A DNA stretch of 64,000 nt, taken from the NCBI GenBank assembly GCA_000934665.2, contig JYFJ02001569.1, positions 1 to 64,000 of the forward strand. Direction: 5' to 3'. Below are positions 54,407 to 64,000 of the stretch, in pieces (the first letter of the stretch is position 1; the number at the start of each line of letters is the position of its first letter). The DNA is from Catajapyx aquilonaris. Its lineage: Eukaryota. The translations under genes were made by a program, and so were the position numbers. The notes under the pieces are model-generated. The model was given only the letters and a program-made list of their open reading frames with translations, was not told the origin of the DNA and made no database searches.

Positions 54407-54787
54407 CAATAAATAAATAAATAAATAATAAATTGGGTTTAGTGCGCTGCCCAACGAGGGACATCTGGCACGGTACCTTTGCTTAATTTTTGTACAAGAT
54501 GATATTCAGTTGGTCCTTTTCCGTATAACGCCCTGGTACCGCGAGCGAAAGGGCGGATGACAGGAGGGGGTGTGCGAAGTGCAGTGCAATGTCGTGGGTG
54601 AGGTCATTTTATGAACTCCCCCGGGTGGATTAGACTATAAGGAGTCCCACCCGAGACGAAGCCATCAGAGATGGCCCAAACTGTGCACGAGATGAAGGGG
54701 GGCGTCCCTGGGCTGGCATCGAACCCGGGACCTTAATATACGTGGGCACATACGTATACGTTACACCGCAGCGCCACTCCGTCTCCC
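54407..54787 (-). mobile_element. tRNA-derived SINE, family 1, copy C ((TTTA)n tail)
   Basis: Head GGGAGACGGAGTGGCGCTGCGG...GGTTCGATGCC and the same core as copies A/B. Perfect 13-bp TSD TAACTTAAGACGA (54394-54406 / 54788-54800). Confidence 0.9.
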
Positions 54788-55120
54788 TAACTTAAGACGA
54801 TAACATGCTTGTAAAGTGCGAAGTTTCTATGCCTTGATAATTTCCGGGATACTATAGCCTATACACTATACTGTATATTATTATTGACATCAAAAATTGT
54901 GCCAAACGCTGCTTGTCACAGTGGCACCATTTACTGGTGACAAATGGGACGGTTTATGTGAGTGCCAAAAAGCCACCTTTTGTCAGGGTGCCATTTGTCA
55001 CAAAATCATCACCATATTGGTACGAAGCGATTGTTCTTCTGCGCATAATAAATTGCTCGGAATAACATTTAGGAAATTATTTGGGATAATAATGTTACTG
55101 TATAATACTTTGGCCTATAA

Positions 55121-55444
55121 AGGGGAGACGGAGTGGCGCCGCGGTAACGTGCGCGCCCACGGATGTTAAGGTCCCGGGTTCGATCCCAGCCCGGGGACAC
55201 CCCCTTCATCTCGTGCAGAGGTCGGTCACCTCTGGCTTCGTCTCGGGTGGTATTTCCTACAGACTAAACCACCCGGGGGAGCTCACTAAAAATGGCCACA
55301 CGTCAGATGCACTGCACTTGCACATCCCCTCCTGTCATCCTGCCCGTGGGCCCGGGCGATACGTATAAAGGCTCCAATGTACACAACAAATAAAGGTCCA
55401 TGTGATAAACCCAGATAGGGTGAAAGCATTACCCAACCAACTAC
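55121..55444 (+). mobile_element. tRNA-derived SINE, family 1, copy D (CCAA/CTA tail)
   Basis: Head GGGGAGACGGAGTGGCGCCGCGGTAA...GGTTCGATCCC and the shared core. Perfect 15-bp TSD TACTTTGGCCTATAA (55106-55120 / 55445-55459). Confidence 0.9.
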
Positions 55445-56693
55445 TACTTTGGCCTATAATAAAATAATAGATATTTGGTCCGGCTGACATTTTTTAGTCC
55501 ACCCCAACATATAACTGCGCCTTTTATTCGGGGAGCGCGCGGGCGTTGGGGATGGAAAGACATAAATCTTGTCCGCAGATCCATTATAAGATGAAAGGCG
55601 CATGTGCCCCCTCCCTCGCACTACAGCAGTCGGCCTTTTTAGTATAGAAAAATGCATGGAACCAGGTCTAGACTATACCTATAGTATATCATAGATATAT
55701 ACCTTTCTAATGGCTATTACTTGTGGCTATTTATATATAGATATTTATTTTCAATAATTATAATAATTATCACATTCATTTCGTGTCACAGTCAAGGTGT
55801 CTCTCTTTATAACTCAGATAACTTATTATACACTAAAATACTCCAATTCACATTTTGAAATTCTCAAAGCCCATTTTTCCAAGAAAAAATATAGTGTAGA
55901 GGCATTATAATTTTTTCTTACGGCCTATTCATTCCAAATATAGATAAAATTAGAATTCACTTTAAAAAGTACCGGCTTTCACTAGATTGTGACTTTGATT
56001 GTGGTTACTTCTATAGCACCCTTCTGAGGGGTACAACCACATTTTTCATATATATCACTTACTGTGTGAAGTCAAAATAGTTTTACGTGGCACTAGCTGC
56101 ATATGTGATGGTTATAGTTGGACAAAAACCATCGCACCAGGTCCATTTCTTTACCCCTCCTATACCAGCGCATGCAGCAAGCCCACAGCAAGCTAACGTC
56201 ATCTACCTCCATCCATCCACCCACCCACTGGCCGCCCACCTCTATATTTACATGGACGCAAATTGGCAGGCAATTATGTTGGCTATAATAAACGTTAGTC
56301 TTAGTTCACGTTGCTATAGCCTTCTTGCGGATGCAAAATGAGAGCCAGGGGGTGGAGGGCCTCTTTCACTTCCTCGATGTCGCTGAGGTCCATAACAATT
56401 AAATGGCTTTCAAAACGAATTTACAGTATATAAAGCCGGGAAAATTATTACAAATAACATAATTGTAATTATGCAAAGCATTTGAGAGAATATTGTATGG
56501 ATAAGTTTTATACCATTCTTGCCTTTGCTATACCGTTTTGGCAAACCTGCCTTTTCGCAACGATAACGGGTATATATGCTATATAGTCACTGGCCATTCG
56601 CAACTTCTTGACTTTCCACCTTTAAAAAAAGAAAATACAGTATAATTATATGGTTGTTTAATAGTTTATAACTATTTGCGACAATTATTTATA

Positions 56694-57270
56694 CAGGGTG
56701 CTCAAAAACTCGCGGAAAGTCGCCAGGTAGCCTGATAGGACTCGCAAAACTAATATAGGGATGTGGAAGTAGTTTTGGGCTAACTTGCATAGTTTTTGCG
56801 TACGACGCCCTTAAGATTTCGGAAGTTTAATGGCGTCACTTCCGCCTTGAGGCCCCATTGCATCATCATTACATGTTGTTGTGGCTGTTGCCATTGGCAC
56901 TGATTATTGTTACGAATATTGTCAACTGTGATTGTTGAGAAATAAACAACGATGTCAGGGTGGCAACTTGTATCTTATGGCCAGAAAGCCTTTATTGTTG
57001 CCAGCCTGACATCGTTGTTTATTTCTCAACAATCACAGTTGACAATATTCGCAACAATAATCAGTGCCAATGGCAACAGCCACAACAACATGTAATGATG
57101 ACGCAATGGGGCCTCAAGGCGGAAGTGACGCCATTAAACTTCCGAAATCTTGAAGGCGTCGTACGCAAAAACTATGCAAGTTAGCCCAAAACTACTTCCA
57201 CATCCCTATATTAGTTTTGCGAGTCCTATCAGGCTACCTGGCGACTTTCCGCGAGTTTTTGAGCACCCTG
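56694..57270. mobile_element. Tc1/mariner-type foldback MITE, ~275-bp near-perfect arms, ~29-bp spacer
   Basis: TA|CAGGGTGCTCAAAAACTCGCGGAAAGTCGCCAGG... is mirrored through to ...CCTGGCGACTTTCCGCGAGTTTTTGAGCACCCTG|TA with only a few mismatches. Confidence 0.93.
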
Positions 57271-57685
57271 TATATAGAAGCAAACATGGAGAATCTTCCG
57301 GATCGGTTAACTTTTTTGATCTGTTAATGATGCATGTAGTTCAGCCGTAGATAGAATTAAATTGTCCGCATATACTCGTATAGCTAAGTGGCTAACGTAT
57401 AGAGAAATGCTTTGCGATTTTATTTTTATGCCATCGCAATGGCATAAAATGGCATGTTATTATAAGCTTTCTAAGGCCATGTGAAACTTGAAATATACGA
57501 AATACTCGTATAATTTCAGTTTGCAACACGTCAGTTGACTACATCACAATCTCTGAAATCAGCAGCCATCCTGGTTGAAATTCTAGAATTTTTCACTATT
57601 ACCCTACATGGCTAACAGTGCTTACAGCCTAACTTCTCAAAAAAGGGACTCTAAGCCCTCCACTCCCCACAAGACGCCCTATAAG

Positions 57686-57740
57686 CGATCTGATTGGTGG
57701 AGCCAAGGTCGCTAGGGCCCCTGATCCACCAATCAGATCG
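57686..57740. repeat. Small inverted repeat with 16-bp perfect arms, each containing a CCAAT box
   Basis: CGATCTGATTGGTGGA ... TCCACCAATCAGATCG. Confidence 0.75.
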
Positions 57741-58391
57741 GTGGGTACAATGCCGTACAAAAGAAATGCCACTTTTGAAATTCTGCCGGGTATGGCTTAA
57801 CCACAGAGGTCGCAATATTGAGGACATGCCTATCTTTTGAGAAGTCAGTCGGCCAAGCAAAGTCGGTGACCAACCCTATATACCTGGTGCAACTTATTTA
57901 TGTTTGTTTTGATGGCACATAAGGCTTATTCTCACAACGACCTTTGGCCAGGGAATTCCTGGAGCTCTGCTGATGCGTATAAAGGCAAGAAATATCACGG
58001 CCAAAGGTTGCCAGTGCATGTGAATGCCCCTTATACATGGCTTGTTTTGTGTACTTTTTAAGACTTTATTTTCAGGACCATGCTTCTTTCAGACAAGTGC
58101 AATTTTCGGCAATTTTCAAGTAACTGATGATGGCCTTATGGTATCACCCGATGGGTGTGTATGTTCGCCTCACATGACGTTTTTGGATGCAATCTTGAGA
58201 AGGCTACTATGACTGTGGAATTACGGTGTGTTATTGACAGATTGAGAATAAGTTACTGTAAGAATTATAATATGATAAAGATCATTGTTACGTCATTTTC
58301 TCTATTCGTATAGTTGCCTGATGAGGATAAAGCCTGCAGTCAAAACCTAAGACAGCAAGAAAAAGAAGAACAGCTATTTTCATCGACTGTA

Positions 58392-58646
58392 ATGAAGACC
58401 TCTGAGGAAGAACGATCAAGGTACACACGTCAACTTTTTCTCAAAAACGAGTTACACATCTCATAAGATAGTTTCACTAGCGCAGAATATGTGGAGTATA
58501 GGCCTAATGATCATAAGTTTAGGTCACTATATGGAAGGCCTCGAAGGTGGGATTTACAATAGAACATGGGCCTTCGAAATTTGAAATGGCAATATCTCAG
58601 TTTCACATGAGGTAGACCTTGATCGTTCTTCCCCCGAGGTCTTCAT
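58392..58646. mobile_element. Probable MITE with ~30-bp imperfect TIRs
   Basis: ATGAAGACCTCTGAGGAAGAACGATCAAGGT ... ACCTTGATCGTTCTTCCCCCGAGGTCTTCAT. Confidence 0.7.
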
Positions 58647-58668
58647 AATATATAATGTAACAAATACT

Positions 58669-59313
58669 TGGTGGGGCCAAGTTAATTCTGGTCACTATAT
58701 GACAGTATAGCATCAAGTATTTTAAAATTTCAGCTGAGCCTATATATCGTTTGTGACCGACTTGTGCTAATTTGTGCCTCCAATATGACTGTTTGTGTTG
58801 GCCTTAGTTTCAAAATCGCGAGTTCAATTAGGCTGTAGTCTACCTAATAGGCCTATACTCAGTAAGCAGCGACTAAAGCGGCAGTTAAAGCAACTTTCTA
58901 AAAAAAATGCAAATAAAACGTGAAACTTGTGCCAATAAAAGTTAATATTGGTTTTTTTACGTATACAGCCTGCGTTTTATATGACGGTATAATATACAAG
59001 TAACGGTATATAATATACAAGTAATCGTGGTTTTCAAGGTCCATGTAGCGCAATAAAAGTTTGTGAAGGTTTATAGCTGTTTATTAGAAAATTGCTTCTT
59101 ACAGCCAATTAGCTGCTGTTTTAGTAGCTGTCTATACTGAATAAATATTAGGTGCAGCCTAATTGAAATCGCGATAAATTTGCCGGAAACTAAACCGCAG
59201 AACAAACGACATATTCGGGCACAAATGAGCACAAGCCGGGCACAAAGAATAGGCGCAGTTGAAATTCGTAATACTAGTGATGTATAGTGACCAGAGTTAA
59301 CTTGGCCCCATCA
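58669..59313. mobile_element. Older MITE with long (~160-bp) diverged TIRs
   Basis: TGGTGGGGCCAAGTTAATTCTGGTCACTATA...CTTGTGCT.ATTTGTGCC...TTCAATTAGGCTG is mirrored by CAGCCTAATTGAA...GGCACAAAT.AGCACAAG...TATAGTGACCAGAGTTAACTTGGCCCCATCA. Confidence 0.8.
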
Positions 59314-60428
59314 TAAAATTGACCTCGCTGTATCCATCCTGTAGCTCAGTCGGGAACGGTTGCAGTACAAATCTCTATCTTCGGGCACAAATCAGCACAA
59401 ACGGGGCATTGCTGAAAATTTGAAATTCGCTTTATTGCAAAAGAGTTAACCCGTCAAATTAAAAGTGCTATATAGCATGGAAACCAAGCCATCAGCACAA
59501 ACCTGAAATTCAGTCCACCTTCCCCCATAATTTACCTTGGTCAAGCAGCCTTCAAATGCATCTTCCAGTAAGTTAAGCCAAAATTATGGCTCATTTTCAC
59601 AACCATTTTTACAAACTAGCTTCAAAACCATTGAGGGGGAGATATAAGGATAATCGGGACTTCTTTGAGTTCCAACTCTGGCCGAAAGAGGAGACAGTAT
59701 CCCACCCTCGCTACACGAATAAAGAAAGGTCGCGTTTGCGGTTGATCATTCCCTCTAGGCACAATAAAAACCGTGAAAATTAGGGTTCCTCCAACTTCTA
59801 GTCTCAAATCAGGCAAATTTTGACAAAATTATTATTTGCCGAAAGGTTATAGCTAAATATAAAAATCGGCTTCACGGGTCCGCGGAGCACCTCATTTTTT
59901 CGCATTTTTGGGTGCTTGTTACGACATCACTTAAAATTTTACGACGGCGTAATTTACTCCCGAATGCAAATGACTTTTTAAAATACCACATTAAGAATAT
60001 GGGAAAGTACATCACACATGTGTAAGAGAGAGGTCAGTTACACTTACACAAAAAAAATCGGTTCTGCTGTTGTTAGTTAGCGAGAACTTTACTCCCAAAT
60101 TATCTTTATCCCCCTCCCTCCCCNCCCCCCCCCGTAGTCAAAATCAAGGGTTTTGTAAAAAAAATCGCAAAAAAAACCATTAGTGACAAGAAGTTGGGAC
60201 TTCATTTTCATGAATGTAGTTACAATACTACATAAGTCGAAGACCTATTAGCGCCTATAATCGAGTTCGAATCACGTTCGTGTGTCGAAGGGCTGCCAGG
60301 GCCGCGTGACGTCACGCCACTGCGGGCACGATTTAGGGCGCTGGGGTCAACCTACAACCTTCAGATTTGACCTGAGGCTTTCTTGAGCATGTAGTTTTCG
60401 CTTGACCTAGAATTATAATTTTTGAAAG

Positions 60429-60476
<48 letters not shown>

Positions 60477-60492
60477 TATCATCATCATATTA

Positions 60493-60549
<57 letters not shown>

Positions 60550-60586
60550 GCATATTTATTATTATTATTATTGATATTATTATTAT
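60429..60586. repeat. Compound (ATC)n(ATT)n microsatellite
   Basis: Direct trinucleotide runs. Confidence 0.95.
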
Positions 60587-60754
60587 GAAAGAATATGGCA
60601 TGTTTTGTTATGAATGTTTTTTTCTGAAGGTAAACTCTGACTTAGTCGATTGTGACCTTCGGAACAATTAATCGGACAAAACTGATTACATTTTGTGACC
60701 TACAAATTGACTTGCACGAACTTGCCCAGCAGACACCTTGTTACTGCAATGTGT

Positions 60755-61458
60755 TCAGTCATTCGGCTGAGTGAAAGCATATGTCGTGTGATCATGATCT
60801 TTCTGGCTTTGTTTTGATAAGGCTATTGAGCCATCATGTGTACCAAATTGTACACAACAGAGGTGTTGAAAAAATACTGTTGTCCACTTATGTGTCAACA
60901 TATGATGTTGACCGTTCGCCAATATTAGGTTTACACCACAATCAATGGGCCACATGCCCGTCAGGGATGTAAATATTGCGTTGTAGGCAATCTGTCCATT
61001 ATGAACGGTTGCAACTGTGAAACACGATCCGTAGACCTCCTTGAACCGGCAAACGAATTTAATTTTCCATAACATAATTTTCAGTCAGATTCCCATTCTC
61101 TGTTAACATCTTGGTTAACACATTACCTGCAGGACACGCTCCCAGGATCAATCAGTCCAGATGGTGAATTCAACTGGTAGCCCAAGATCCTTATAGGCAA
61201 GCCCACACTCAATTGCTATTTCTCAATCATAGAGTGTATCGGAAAGTGCTTGTTGGTGCGAATGCACCTGTAAGCCTGGCCCCTGTGAGGGATCTGGGGG
61301 TACCAGTGACCAATTAACTTCTCCAGAAGCTTCTGCTTCATGAGTTGTTTAAACATGGCTCGTACGACAACGTCGCCTTCTTCCTCACCCTTGAAACAAC
61401 CATTCTTGACGATCATACGGTATAAAAATTCCACCCCAGAAGTTATCTCTGCCTTTAT
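60755..61458 (-). pseudogene. BTG: BTG/Tob family (BTG3/BTG4-like) unprocessed pseudogene; exons ~61458-61127 and 61046-~60755
   Basis: Reconstructed as IKAEITSGVEFLYRMI...GHWYPQIPHRGQAYRCIRTN (box A)...IECGLAYKDLGLPVEFTIW/IDPGSVSCR (box B)|FKEVYGSCFTVA. Lesions are ATA in place of the start ATG (61456-61458), frameshifts at ~61218 and ~61155, and an 80-bp intron (61047-61126) ending CG rather than AG. Confidence 0.9.
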
Positions 61459-62025
61459 AGTCGGATGTTCAGGTGGGTCAAGGGAGACAGAGTGTTGAGA
61501 TGCGCTGTCCTCCTCCTACTAGAAAATTAAACATATACGTACTTGGAGTGCTGGGCCTACTAAAATGGTAAACCTCAGACAATGCATGCAATAAAGTATA
61601 CCTACACAGACCAAAACAGAGCCTGAGCCAGATGCGACGTTGTCGATAGTGTGCAGAGCAATGTGTGAAACCTTGAAGGGAGGATATGATGATGTCATAA
61701 GATTGCACCTCTTGTTCTTATTAGCACAACCATGGTTATTCCCATTCTCCGTAGCAGTTGAAAATACACTTAATTTCTCTCAAAACATATAATTTCTTCA
61801 TCATTTATATTGAAGAAGAAAAAAAGCGAGTAAAATTCCCGCGTTGGAGATGACTGTTTTTTTTTTTTCTTTCAACTTCACATTGCCATATTGGTGCAAT
61901 GATTTATATCAAGGCCCTGCTGAAGTGTGAGAAATATCCACTATTTTAGCAAGACACGTTTACAAAAATGTATACTGTATAGAACAGCTCATCAATGTCA
62001 AAGTATTAGGTATACTCGGGGTAGT

Positions 62026-62763
62026 TCATCCCTTCCTGTCCACAATTTTATTGAGCAAGAATCTGCACAAATCCTGAATCTTCGGGTTCGTCATGTCAAA
62101 AATTAATATCCTGGAGTATGGACTGCCTGGAGGAGTCCTGGAACTCCCTGTAGACATCTGGGATAAGGAGGTCAGTATAATAGAGGCTCTTCACACGTGC
62201 TGGGGGTCATCGGATCCGTAGCATTCCTGACATGTGAGAGACAAACACAGGAAGTGACGTTCTCTTGTCATATATGTGTCCAGAAGTCATTTAGGGGAAG
62301 AAGTGTCGTGCCTGTACCTCTAGGACCGTCCTCTGGTCGTGGTCCGCGTGCTTGAGGGCAGTGACCGTCACCCAGGAGCACTTCCCTCCTGGATGTCCGT
62401 CCCCACCGTCCCCGCATGACCTCGGGGTCGCCGTAGCAGTCCAAGTCAAGTATAGTCGTCCTGGACTTTGAAGAGGTGGCCAATCTTCAAAAGGACGTCC
62501 TCCACCTCGGAGTGACTTTCCTGATCAGACATGCCGGCCTGTGACGACAACAACCTAAAGGATAGGATGGGATAGGACACTATATGTTACCATACACCCA
62601 ACAGGTGCCGGAGGGAGAGGGTGGCACACCATTGTTGGCTCGGATGACTCACCGCATGATCATGATGGCTAGTCTGGCTGGACCGTAGAAGCAATAGTTC
62701 GAGGTCTTGTATTTGACTATTGTTGCGTATCTCTCTTCAGTGAAGAGGTTGAGCCGGTTGAGC
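62026..62763 (-). pseudogene. FDPS: Farnesyl diphosphate synthase-like (trans-isoprenyl diphosphate synthase) pseudogene, 3' half; exons ~62763-62653, 62538-62318, 62226-62026
   Basis: Manual translation: LNLFTEERYATIVKYKTSNYCFYGPARLAIMIM | AGMSDQESHSEVEDVLLKIGHLFKVQDDY/LDCYGDPEVM..GTDIQEG/CSWVTVTALKHADHDQRTVLE | ECYGSDDPQHV/KSLYYTDLLIPDVYREFQDSSRQSILQDI...LLNKIVDRKG*. It has the KT motif, the second aspartate-rich motif (DDYLD) and GTDI...CSW, with GT-AG introns and several frameshifts. Confidence 0.9.
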
Positions 62764-62954
62764 CTCATAATGAAATATGCTATTGTTAGATATCCGATGA
62801 AGGTATGCATTATTTTTCACATTTTACTTTTCCATGCAAAATTTTAACCGATTTGAAAATAGTTCGGTCAAAAATGATCAGTCCGTCTTTATTATTATTA
62901 TTTTCTTTATTTCACCATTAGCTCTTGATTTCACACATCAGTGTGGAAACCAAA

Positions 62955-63030
62955 AGTGCGGAGAGTTTCAATAGATTCTCTCCATGTTCATGTGGGTTTT
63001 CTTAGGGTTCTCTCATTTCCTCCTACAATC
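62955..63030 (+). mobile_element. V-SINE-like central domain fragment
   Basis: GAGAGTTT...TTCTCTCCATGTTCATGTGGGTTTTCTTAGGGTTCTCTCATTTCCTCCTACA resembles my recollection of the V-domain consensus (GGAGTTTGCATGTTCTCCCCGTG...GTGGGTTTTCTCCGGGTACTCCGGTTTCCTCCCACA). Confidence 0.55.
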
Positions 63031-63316
63031 AACATCCATCAGAAGTACTGTTCCAGCACCAGCATACATTTTCTTAAAACCATATTGTTTGTACTAAATG
63101 TAAGCCAAGCATCGTTGAAGTTCTACATATCTTGCATGCTTTGGCCACGATTCTACGACATTTTAAATAGAAACGAGCTCGAGTGAATCCATATTGCTAC
63201 TATGAGTGACATTTTGTACCAACCAGGAGCTGAACATATACGGTAACCTTTCGCGTGACATGAAATATCATGTCATCTTTGTTGCAGAGTGGCCTGCACA
63301 CAAGTTGCACCCAAGG

Positions 63317-63402
63317 AACAGTGAATAGGCCGCTCGTGACGACAACACTTTTTTCCCGCGCATCGAGTATTGCGCTTCCTGGCCTGCGGCCTATTCACTG
63401 TT
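63317..63402. repeat. Short inverted-repeat element with 17-bp perfect arms
   Basis: AACAGTGAATAGGCCGC ... GCGGCCTATTCACTGTT. Confidence 0.75.
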
Positions 63403-63855
63403 TGATTATTAATTATTTAAAATTTTAGCCACAATTTCCCATAGGCTTTATGACTAGCCAGGCAGTTTGGGTCTCCTCTTGTGGAACCTTCTCCAACTAC
63501 CCGTCTGCGGCATTAATGGAAAAATCAGATTGTTTACTCTTCGGACTAAAATTCTGCAGAATTTTAGTCAACTGATGCACCATCAAGTGAGCCTGTACAG
63601 CGACATTTCATTTCCCCCACATTTTTTGATACAGAAATTGTGACAAAATATGTGAAAATTTCCACATATTTTGTCACAATTTGTCACAATTTTGTTTACT
63701 CTTCGGACTAAAATTCTGCAGTAAACAATCTGATTTTTCCCTAATTGCCGCAGACGGGTAGTTGGAGAAGGTTCAACAAGTGGAGACCCAAACTGCCTGG
63801 CTAGTCATAAAGCCTATGGGAAATTGTGGCTAAGATTTTAAATAATTCATAATCA
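63403..63855. mobile_element. Foldback element, ~135-bp arms, with nested hairpins and a direct repeat in the spacer
   Basis: TTAGCCACAATTTCCCATAGGCTTTATGACTAGCCAGGCAGTTTGGGTCTCC...AAAAATCAGATTGTTTACT is mirrored at 63720-63855. Confidence 0.88.
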
Positions 63856-64000
63856 ATCATGATCATAATCATTAAAATGTGGTGCATCCACACTACATAC
63901 CAGGGTCATGACCCTGGGGTATGTAATATCTTATGTAGTAGTGGTACGCCTACACCTCTATGAATTATGTTCGTTTAATTGTAATTATTGCAGAAGAACA

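Noticed and set aside
59339..59375. tRNA-like start GTAGCTCAGTCGG
   Set aside because: No B box or cloverleaf follows.

Overview
AT-rich, repeat-dense invertebrate animal genomic DNA, probably arthropod or another protostome (inferred from the Pox meso-like protein). It contains one intact gene, Pax1/9 (Pox meso), on the minus strand. Its large coding exon (21462-22384) carries the paired domain and octapeptide, and a predicted 4-nt coding first exon (ATG G, 52718-52721) lies about 30 kb upstream beside a CCAAT/TATA-like promoter. At the right end are two adjacent, intron-containing, disabled genes that the ORF track shows only in pieces: a BTG3/4-type (BTG/Tob) pseudogene and a divergent farnesyl diphosphate synthase (FPPS)-like pseudogene. 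The rest is non-coding. It holds four copies of one tRNA-derived SINE family with three different 3' ends, a second tRNA-headed SINE, a V-SINE-like fragment, hAT remnants and many MITEs, foldback elements and perfect palindromes. Family assignments come from my recall of motifs, not from database searches.
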